This document shows, piece after piece, positions 54,183 to 64,000 of a stretch of DNA of 64,000 bases. Source of the DNA: Octopus vulgaris (Eukaryota); the NCBI GenBank assembly GCA_951406725.2, contig OX597828.1, positions 27,590,001 to 27,654,000 of the forward strand, in the 5' to 3' direction. Every line of letters starts with the position of its first letter. The stretch's first letter is position 1. The position numbers and the translations under genes are program-made. The notes beneath the pieces were generated by a model, which saw only the letters and a program-made list of their open reading frames with translations, made no database searches and was not told the origin of the DNA.

Positions 54183-54877
54183 AGTAGCATGGCTTGCTAG
54201 CTGTCAATGCCTATCCGCCTTTGAAAAAACATATGTTTCAACTGAAGTACATTCGCTGATTTTTGATTAAAGAAATAATCTTTGAGAGATTTAGAAATGT
54301 ATTATTTCCAATTCCCAACAATTTTACTCTTAGGAAATCCCTAAAATACATCCCATGTCACAAGGAATTTCTACATAAGTAGAGCTTTACTAATGCCTTG
54401 TCTGCGGATTTGCTAGATGGACACTGAAAAAAGCCCTTTGGGCCATATATCATCATTATCATCATCAAACATATACTTTTCATCCTGGCATGGGTTGGAT
54501 GGTTTGACTGGAGCTGGCAAGCTTGGAGACTGTGCCAGGCTTCATTGTCTGTTTTGACATGGTTTTCATGGCCGGGTGCCCTTCCTAATGCCAAAATGAC
54601 TTTCCTAACATCAAAATGCCTTCCCTGTGTATATACATCTTCTTGTCTTCACATCATGTGATAACTGTAAATGACTGTCTCTGTCATACAAGTAGTGTCA
54701 TTTCCAAAATTCTATCTAAAACATATCTGATAATGGAAACAGGTTGACATCTGGAAGAGCATCCAGTTTTAGAAAATCTTCCACAACCAACTTTATCCTG
54801 TGCAAACATGGGAAAGAGATGTTAAAAATATGATGACAATGATGAATAAATTAGTGTAATATTATATACCTTTTAAT

Positions 54878-56138
54878 CAAGGGCCCAGGAACAGGGGGTG
54901 CAGCGGGTACCACCTGCACCCCTTGAAATTTTCAGGTGGTGCAAGATCAAATTTGGCACCCCCTACATAATTTTACCAGTTTCAGAAAATAGTATCTAAA
55001 AAATTATCTGTATAAAATGCTTGAGGCTAGATTTCGTTTGAAAGCAAAAACAAAGAACACTCTGGAAACACTCTGGAACTTTTGGTGCTCTCAAAGCCTT
55101 ATTTAGCCCTCACTATTTGGTTTTATCCCCAACTCCAGCTGCTGTAGTCAAGTTTTTTGAGGACATAACCTGAGTTATTGATGGCAGCTCATGGGTAGAT
55201 ACTGTCTACACTGATTTTGCTAAAGCCTTCAACTCTGTACCACACAAACGACTCATGGTAAAAATCCCTGCAGTGAGTGTGAAAGATGATCTCTATAACT
55301 GGCTGAAGTCCTTCATTCTCGTCCGGAAAGATGTAGTTACAGTTCTAGGACATCGTTCTTCAGCCTACAAGATTACTTCTGGTGTACCACAGGGATCTGT
55401 TCTTGGACCCTTACTGTTGGTTGCATATATTAATGATATAGATGCCAATTTGAGGAATGTTTCAGTGCTGAAATATGCAGATGACACCAAGCTGTACCTT
55501 GGAATAAAAAGAACAGATCCTATCCTGCAATCAGACCTGGATACAATGCAGCAGTGGACCTCTGACTGGCAACTCAAGCTAGCTGTACACATGTGTGTCA
55601 CCATGCATTTTGGGAGGAAAATCCAACCTTTACATACTCCCTCAGCAACACCAATCTCAAGAAGTCTTCTAGTGGACATGATCTGGTTATTATTGTAAAC
55701 AACAATCTGCATTGGACAAACCACATATCTAAGATTGTCAAAAAGCCTGAGGGGGTGCTAGCATCACTCAATAAGACCTTTGTCAGCCACTCTCCAGCTA
55801 TCTATTTAAAATTGTATACGACAATGGTATGTCGACACTTGAAATTTGCATCACCAGTCTGGAACCCCTCTCTTGCTCAGCATATAAATCCCCTGGAAAC
55901 TGTTCAGAAATGTGCAACAAAGCGAATACTCACTGTCAGACATCTACCATACTCTGAACGTCTTGCATTCCTGGGCATAGATACATTGAAGCCCAGACGT
56001 CTGGCAACTGACTTGATTGACACCCACAAGATTATCCACATTTGTTTTAATGTTAACATTGGAAAAATCCACATTTTTCATTAAAAAATTAGGACCTGGG
56101 TTTGAACCCCTGTAGCAAATTTTGTTGCTGGGCCACTG
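54878..56138. mobile_element. Non-autonomous hAT-type element enclosing a LINE RT fragment
   Basis: Imperfect TIRs CAAGGGCCCAGGAACA / CAGTGGCCCAGCAACA (13/16); exact 8-bp TSD CTTTTAAT at 54870-54877 and 56139-56146. Confidence 0.8.
55134..56045 (+). mobile_element. CR1-like LINE ORF2 reverse-transcriptase fragment (decayed)
   Basis: VDTVYTDFAKAFNSVPHKRL, SGVPQGSVLGPLL, YINDI, KYADDTKL, FASPVWNP, LPYSERL motifs; one stop and a frameshift near 55615. Confidence 0.92.
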
Positions 56139-56253
56139 CTTTTAATCCTTCTGATAGCCATCCTGCCTGAGATTGTCACTGGTTTTATGTTATAAAGTAC
56201 CTATTTTAAAATATGATTTTTAAGAAAATTTCTATCTAAACTTCATGTTAAGT

Positions 56254-56465
56254 TACGAGGTGATATCAAAAAGTTCCAGGGCAAGCTATGTTTAATAAAA
56301 AAAGGAATTATCTACATAAGTTTTAATGTCAGCTCCTTTGAAATACTTACCTTGTACGGCAATACACTGGTCCCCGCATTCCTGCTAGTTTTGGAATCCA
56401 GCCTGGAACCTGTTTTCTGTGAGTCGAGGGCCTTCTATGATTCACTATGGATCTTGACAATGGTG
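56254..56465 (+). mobile_element. mariner-like MITE end remnant
   Basis: TA|CGAGGTGATATCAAAAAGTTCC terminus typical of mariner TIRs. Confidence 0.5.
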
Positions 56466-57353
56466 TTAACAACAGAGACCGATAGAATAAGTGCTAGGCT
56501 TACAAAGAATAAGTTCTGGGGTTGACTTGTTCAATTAAAAGGTAGTACTCCTGCATGGCCACAGTCAAATGACTGAAACAAATAAAAGAATTAAAGAATA
56601 TATATGTACACACAAATATATACATATATATTTTAATAACTTTGTATTGTTGGAAAATATATACAGTCTGCTTGGAATCTTACTTCAAGTTCCTGGAACT
56701 CACTTCTATAACTTCGTAAGGATATTTACACTCTCTAAGATGTTTGGAAAACCTATATGAAATTTAGCTGAAGAATACTTGACATTATATTTGCTGTAAT
56801 ACTTGCAGCTTTAAATAAAATGTTTATAGTATGAAACAATTGTACTAAACTAATGATCCATTCTTGTTGCTTATTTTTTGGTTATAATTACCCCACATCA
56901 TTTTATGGTTAATACCATAAAAAAATTCTGGTGCATCTAAGTTAAGTACCATATTCTTTTGAATCGAAATTGTTTTACATATATATGCATATACACACAT
57001 ACATATATGCTTAAATACGCACAATATACATTCAAGAATATGTATGCATAGATACACTCAAATATATATGTATATCTGCATGCACACACACACACGCACA
57101 CACACACATTGCACAATGTATTTTCTTCATATTTTCTGTATTTTTTGTGCTCCGTGTAAATATATGCACATGCATATGTGTGTGTGTGTGTGTGTGTATG
57201 AAGCCTAATTGTGTTTATCTGTATAACTCCTTCTATGTGTATATATATAGTCTGTATATATATATATATATATTTATATAATCTGCTCCATATCAGTGCA
57301 TAGTATTTTCTTCCTGCAGCACAATAGCCAGGCATTGCTGCTGCTGCTGCTGT

Positions 57354-57384
<31 letters not shown>

Positions 57385-57734
57385 AAGTAAATGAATCATT
57401 AAATAAATATATCCAAATAAACAATCTGCAAATGATACACTACACATTCAGATAACTGACAAGAATTATTGTTATCTTTTCATATAGTCATATATTTCTC
57501 AACATAACAACACTCTAACTACTAATTTGTCTTAATTAGCCCAAAGGAAACAAAAAAGTGAATGAAAATAATGAAAAATTTTAGACATAATGATGGATTT
57601 CATCTATCATTTCTGAAATGGAATTTTGTCTTTTTATTTTATTTTTATTTTTTTTTTGTGGTTATTTTTCTGATATTCAGTTTAAGATGTTGCATATTTT
57701 ATATATGAATGATGCAATATCTGAAGCCAGGGTC

Positions 57735-58160
57735 TTCTTGACCATTTAAGTCCTTCACTGTCTATGGAACATAGGCTGTTGGCTTTTTTTTTTTTTTCAC
57801 AACTCTTGGCTTTTAGCTGTCCTTTCTGCTACTCTTCAGTTGGTTCCTTGATTTTCCTTGCAGCTTTCTTTCAGATTTTGCTGCACCGTGTCATGTTTGC
57901 CTGAGGAAAGGCCTTCTTCCTCCAGATCTTGTCGTCTTAAATTATCATTGGTGCCCCTGTTAGTCTCTTTTTTTTCTAGGCTGGACCGTTGGTCCTATGC
58001 AAACACATTTATACCCCCAGGAAGAGATAATCTGTATTAGTCTGCCCTCTGTCCTTTGACCTTCCTGATATGGGAGGCCTTACATGGAGTTTGTACTCTG
58101 CTGGCACAGCTCTCAAGGGGTCATTGAGGCATAAAGGCCACCATGCCACAATAAGGACTG
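57735..58160 (-). mobile_element. Short RTE-derived element joining 5'UTR-like and 3'-end-like sequence
   Basis: Minus strand begins ccttattgtggcatggtggcc...tcaatgacccc..gagagctgtgcc..., resembling RTE/BovB 5' UTRs, and runs into purine-rich 3'-end-like sequence. Confidence 0.45.
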
Positions 58161-59219
58161 GACCTTTTTTATGGTGGAAACCTCAATATACAAGAATATC
58201 AAATATTCATAGTTTCAAATACTTTTGGTCATAGATCCATTTGAGTTGACTCAAGGCTGAACAACGATGTGAAGGATGTATTTATCTTGACTAATTCTAT
58301 GAGAAAAATCCTTAACCCCAGTTCATGATTGGTACTTTATTCAGAAACACTGAAAGAATACAAAGCAAAACCAACATTGGTGGGATTTGATCCTAGAGTG
58401 CAGAGAACTGGAATTATCCAACAGTAACAACATTGTTAATTCACCAATTTGTATGTTGTATAATAATTGTGATGTAAAGGCAGCAGACAAATATGTGTGT
58501 GTGTGTGTGATGGTCTTTCAGTTCTTGTTTACCAAATCCACTGACAAGACATTAGTAAGCCTAGGGTTATAATTATTGAATATGAGAAGCAGGCTTATCA
58601 ACCACTCGCACACACACGCACTGATAAAATAGAAAGAAGAAAACGCTTTGAGTGAGAACTTTATCATGAGAAACTGCTTTGGTGCATTGACTCATGCGAA
58701 AACCTCTTAAACTTTTAAACACATGAGGAGGACAATGACAATAGTCTTTTGTAGTTCAACCTGCACAGATGATTTGTTTGTAGTGATCAAATGTATGTAT
58801 CATACATCAGCTGCCTTCCTCCATCAATTCAATGTTTCCTGAACGGATTTGCATCGGATGTTGAAGTGATTGCATAATGAATTGTTTCGCTCAAGAACGC
58901 AATGCACCAACTGGTCCAGGAATTGAAACCGCAATCACACAATCATGAATGCAAAATCCTAACCACTAAATCCATGTTCTTCTAAACCCCCCCACACACA
59001 CACACACGCACACACATAGACCCAAATAGATAGGGATGGAAAAATTTAAGGGAAAATATTGGTTAGTTCTGGGGTACATTGCTAACAAGTGGGTGGAGAG
59101 AAAATAACAATTACAAAATCAAAGAAACTTAGAAAACCTTCAAATTATATTTTCAAAAAAATATTTCCTCATAAACTTTGCGAAACTTGTTAAAGTCTCT
59201 CCAAAACTCTTAGCTTCTG

Positions 59220-59470
59220 GAAAAAAAAGAAAAGGAAAGAAATAATAATAATAATAATGATAATAATAATAATGATAATAATAATAATAATGATAATAAT
59301 AATAAGAAGAAGAAGAAGGTGAAGAAGAAGAAGAAGAAGAAGAAATGAATAAATAAGGAAATACGGAAGAAGAAGAAGAAGGAGAAGGTGAAGAAGAAGA
59401 AGAAGAAGAAATGAATAAATATGGAAGAAGAAGAAGAAGAAGAAGAAGAAGAAATGAAGAAATAAGGAAA
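59220..59470 (+). repeat. Compound (AAT)n/(AAG)n microsatellite with duplicated higher-order units
   Basis: Directly visible. Confidence 0.9.
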
Positions 59471-60602
59471 TATGAAACAAAAATAAGAAGTAATGGTGAA
59501 CATAATTGCCAGGCAAACTTTCAGATAAAATGTAATTTTGTATAAAATAAATGAAAAGTGAAATAAACAAATTTAAATATATGAAATTACCAAAGGATTA
59601 ATTAATTCTGATGATAAAAATTGGTATCTGAAATGGCAGTTAATGAAGCAATCACAACAATAATATATTCAATGAAAACCCAGATGATTGTTGAAGCCAT
59701 TGGTGAGTTTTCAGATTTGTTTAGTCTCTGATTATCTACTGTTTTATCTCTTCACTTATTTATTTACTGATTAAATTAAGATTTAGAATAAATCCATAAG
59801 TTTTGACATTTTTCCTTTCTTTTGTTTTGTTTTTTTCTTTTCTGGCGCTAAGGGACTTAATTAAAGATTATTGACTCTGTCTGCTAAGATAGGTTTACTT
59901 TTGAGACTGCTGAGGATTCAACTTTTGCCAATGTTAGGTATCAGCTAAAAAGACAAAAATCAGCAAAAAAAAAAAAAAACACCTATTTAGGTAATTTTTA
60001 ATGAAGGGCATTCAACTATCAAGAATTTTTACAGATATTATATAAAACAAAACGCGAAACAAAACTTATGTTATTTGTCACCAATATCGGTAATGTTTTT
60101 TTTTTTTATTTTATTTATTTTTAGATTATAAATTATTAAGCATTAGAATGATATAGGTCTTATTTTTTATGTTTGCTTTTATTTATTTCATCTTTTATTT
60201 ATTTTTAAAAAATTTTATTTATTTATTTTTTTTTACGTAGAGTTCTGCGTTATGTTGATTTGTTCCAAGTTGACTCACCAACTCTTAGCTGTCCTCACAA
60301 AATTATCTGTTCTTGTTACCCCACTTGTCATTCTCCGAGCCATCACGCTCTCATTTTTAACAAAAGTAATACAAAACTGTTATTACTTTTTTTTAGTATT
60401 GATAATTGAATGTCCTACAGCTGAGTCATCGTATATTTGTATTAGTTTTCATCATTAAAATAGCAAGAATTTCTTTTTGACAAATTGCATTTAAATGATA
60501 ATAGATCCACATAGGTGTGTATGTGAGTTTAAACGCAAATTTTCATGTTTTTTTTAAAAATACAATTTGAAACACAAATACTATAGTTATATATGAATAT
60601 GT

Positions 60603-60915
60603 GGAGGCGCAATAGCCCAGTGGTTAGGGCAGCGGACTCGCAGTTGTAGGATCGCGGTTTCGATTCCCAGACCGGGCGTTGTGAGTGTTTATTGAGCGAA
60701 AACACCTAAAGCTCTATGAGGCTCCGGCAGGGGATGGTGGCGATCCCTGCTGTACTCTTTCGCCATAACTTTCTCTCACTCTTTCTTCTGTTGGCCTGCT
60801 TGCTTAGCCAGCGGGGTGGCATCATCTAAAGGCTAAAACAATGCGCAGCGCGTTGTGACCAGCGATGTGTAGCAACATTTGATAGCCTGGTCGGTCACGG
60901 AGACGCTCACGGTGA
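60603..60915 (+). mobile_element. tRNA-derived SINE family E
   Basis: A box tagcccagtgg and B box ggtttcgattccc, GC-rich body, no tRNA acceptor stem. Confidence 0.7.
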
Positions 60916-61274
60916 TATCTGAATATACATGGTGTTAACCTAAGAATTCTGGTTCCATTTAAATCGTTAGCATATAAATTAGCTGTATGTAAAGGTACAT
61001 GGCTCAGTGGTTAGAGCACCAGATTCACAATCATGAGGTAGTGAGTTCAATTCCCAGACTCGGTGGGCTCTGTGTTGAGTTTTTGAGCAAGACACTTTGT
61101 TTTAATCATTGCTCAAATTCACTTATCTGTAGAAATGTGTTGCAACATCACTATTGCCAATCTGTATCAGCTTTTGACCCCCGTGCCGGTGACACATAGA
61201 AAGCACCATTTGAACATGATCGTTACCAGCATTGCCTTACTGGCACTTGTGCCGGAGGTACATGAAAACCAACA

Positions 61275-61430
61275 TTTGAGCGAGGGCATTGCAAGTCTAC
61301 CAGATAAATGGTAGAGCATTGCAGAAAATGAAGGAGAGTATAGTTGAGATTAAAAAAGAAATCGGTTTATCTTAATTTTGAAAAAGAAAAGAAGTATAAA
61401 AAAAAAACACATTATTTATTGGATGACCCT
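61275..61430 (+). mobile_element. mariner 3' remnant
   Basis: GIASLPDKW*SIAENEGEY resembles the mariner transposase C-terminus (GI..LP.RW......G.Y), followed by a TIR-like end. Confidence 0.6.
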
Positions 61431-61815
61431 ATGTGGTAAGTAACTTGCTAACCAACCACATGGTTCCAGGTTCAGTCCCACTGTGTGGCATCTTGGGCAA
61501 GTGTCTTCTGTTATAGCCCCGGGCCAACCAATGCCTTGTGAGTGGATTTGGTAGACGGAAACTGAAAGAAGCCCGTCGTATATATGTATATATATATATA
61601 TATGTGTGTGTCTGTGTTTGTCCCCCTAACATTGCTTGACAACCGATGCTGGTGCGTTTACGTCCCCGTCACTTAGTGGTTCGGCAAAAGAGACCGATAG
61701 AATAAGTACTGGGCTTACAAAGAATAAGTCCCGGGGTCGATTTGCTCGACTAAAAGGCGGTGCTCCAGCATGGCCGCAGTCAAATGACTGAAACAAGTAA
61801 AAGAGTAAAAGAGTA
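61430..61815 (+). mobile_element. SINE family A (slightly 5'-truncated)
   Basis: Matches family A. Confidence 0.9.
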
Positions 61816-62420
61816 ATATATATATATATATATGAGACAGGCTCCTTTCAGTTTGCAACTACCAAATTCTCTAGTAAAGGTTATGTTCAGCCTGAGGTTA
61901 CACTTACCCCTAGGTCCTATGTGTAGTACTGAACCTAAAACCTTTTTTTTTCCTTTGGTTTGTCGAGTCTGTACCAATTGTATAATTTTTCACATTTTTT
62001 TGATTTGTAATTAATCACTATTGATGTCTGTTTTCTTTGGGGTTTTATTTTCCAAAACTTCTCACAACTTCACTAAATCCTTTAAGTTCTTCTGTATTTC
62101 AAAGTGTTGTGTGTTCCAATAATTTCTATTCAGACTTCTGATGTCTACACAAGTGCATCTGCGTAATACCATAAGGTGCGGGTCAGATATTTTACATCAA
62201 GATTATCCATTTTGTCATGTTTTTTTTTTGCTTTGTTTTTTTTTTCCCTTCCCCATTACTTAGTAAAGTAATATCATTACGAACATATATCAATTATATT
62301 TTCAACTATTTCACTTTATGTGCTGGATTTTTCTTATTATAATGGCAAATATCAACCCCTTAGGCTTGCTTATAACATACACACAATTGCCCAGACTTAT
62401 ACACCTTGATGTATTCGAAG

Positions 62421-62458
<38 letters not shown>

Positions 62459-62462
<4 letters not shown>

Positions 62463-63003
62463 CAGTCACCAGAGAAAACAAAGCAACTACCCCCAGCGAC
62501 TTGCCTGACCTTTTATTGGACAAAAGCTACCTACCTGCCATTCTATTGGACACTGGCTAAACATCACTGCTGATATTTTTGTATACATAGACATCATAAA
62601 TCGCTGTAAAAGCAGTTGGGTTTTTGGCACTCGAATGATGTAAATTGTGTCCCTCTCGCCTGACACGCTCACCACTCACGCCACCTCGAACCTTTGTACT
62701 GCTATTTCACGCCTGAAATAAATCGCTGGATAAACTTACACCTCTTGTCTGCTCGTCCTTTCAACTACTGCTTTCGTCTGTCCAGGTTTGCTGATTACAA
62801 CCACAGTCCTTTTCAGGGCTAATTCAAGTCTAATCTGAATGCGATAACAGTCCTTTTTAGGACTATTCTCAGACCTGATCTAATTATGATAACAGTCCTT
62901 TTTATGACTATTCTTGGATCGGATCTAATTGCGATAACCGTCCTTTTAAGGGCTACCCTCAGATCAGACCAGAAGTAGGTGGCCAAGAATCCTACCCACT
63001 ACA
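62459..63003 (+). mobile_element. Probable solo LTR with internal 44-45-bp tandem repeat (x4, about 62803-62975)
   Basis: TGTA...TACA termini, two ATTGG boxes, AATAAA near 62717, higher GC than flanks; only an imperfect caca/cata TSD. Confidence 0.45.
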
Positions 63004-63275
63004 CATATATATTTAAAAACACACATTAAATTGCACAAACATGGCTACGTGGTTAAGAAGTTTGCTTTTGCAATCACATGGTTGCAGGTTCAGTACTTTG
63101 TGAGTCAGTTTGATAGACAGAAAGCATGTAGATGCCTATTGTGTATATATACATAACATATGGTATAATTATAAACAGGGCAAATTTTCAGCCATTTCTC
63201 TACTGATTGAAAAATTGGTGAACAACCTTAATCGATTTTTGAACTTTATTGAATTCTCATGTGTATGTGTGTATA

Positions 63276-63659
63276 TCTCTCTATATATAAACGGCAGTTT
63301 GTCTGTGCGTGTTTCTGTGTGTCTGTTTGCTTGTACCCTCACCCTGACCACAGCTTTCAACCGATTCTGATGAAACTTGACACACACATAGCCCAATGTC
63401 ATAATTCAAAACTAACGCAGCGAAAATTTTGAAAAGTTCCCCTAGTTCTGAAAAAATCGATAAATTCGACATGGGGTCGAGAACCAGGAACACAAACCAC
63501 AAACTGTGTAGGGACGCAACTCCACCTTTTTTAACTATCAAAAAAAAATTTACCATAATTTTTTTCCAATTTTTTTGCTGTTTTTTGGCTATAACTCTCT
63601 AAAAATGCTTTATAGTTATTTCCCTTACAAACCTGAGCAACGCCGGGTGATACTGCTAG
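63276..63659 (+). mobile_element. Non-autonomous Helitron
   Basis: A|TC start, cctgagcaacgccggg hairpin, CTAG|T end; 3' ~65 bp shared with the 38428 element. Confidence 0.8.
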
Positions 63660-63723
<64 letters not shown>

Positions 63724-63870
63724 GGAAACACCTAGCATCATAATTTTGAAATATCTATAAAACTGTCAAAAGCTTGTCTATTTTCATGTTTTTTGATTTA
63801 TTATATGTTTTGCTAAAATTGCTGTTTCTTTTCAGTTATCATCAGAAAAAGGTAATTAAAATTCATTAAA

Positions 63871-64000
63871 ATGACAGATCTATCAGACTTTCAAAAAGGT
63901 CAAATTGTTGGTGCTTGTATGGCAGGTGCTAGCATAATGTAAACAGCCGAAATGTTTGGTATATCAAGAAGTACTGTCTCGAAAGTAATGACAGCCTTTA
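63871..64000 (+). mobile_element. Tc1-like transposase N-terminus (HTH), pseudogenised, runs off the window
   Basis: MTDLSDFQKGQIVGACMAGASIM*TAEMFGISRSTVSKVMTAF; in-frame TAA at 63940. Confidence 0.85.

Noticed and set aside
60603-60675. Possible tRNA gene
   Set aside because: Has A/B boxes but no acceptor stem and continues into a SINE body

Overview
AT-rich, microsatellite-dense eukaryotic DNA whose SINE families and (TA)n/(CA)n/(AAT)n load look like an octopus (coleoid cephalopod) genome; this is inferred from repeat character. Nearly all listed ORFs are microsatellite or SINE artefacts. One real gene can be reconstructed on the minus strand: four phase-compatible GT-AG exons (46882-46799, 39814-39230, 26502-26268, 23821-23565) encoding a ~385-aa protein with a single C-terminal BEN domain, with a candidate promoter near 52.7-53.0 kb. 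The rest is a transposon mosaic: several SINE families, piggyBac-type (TTAA) and hAT-type (8-bp TSD) MITEs, two non-autonomous Helitrons, CR1/RTE LINE fragments, Tc1/mariner remnants and a probable solo LTR. The most unusual signals are (i) several minimal type-I hammerhead-ribozyme motifs with palindromic helix III, typical of Penelope-like elements, including a candidate with a compensatory G3-C8 core and one in the loop of a perfect 63-bp inverted repeat, (ii) a hAT-type element with an exact 8-bp TSD enclosing a LINE RT fragment, and (iii) a decayed L27/MAGUK-like gene fragment in a BEN-gene intron.
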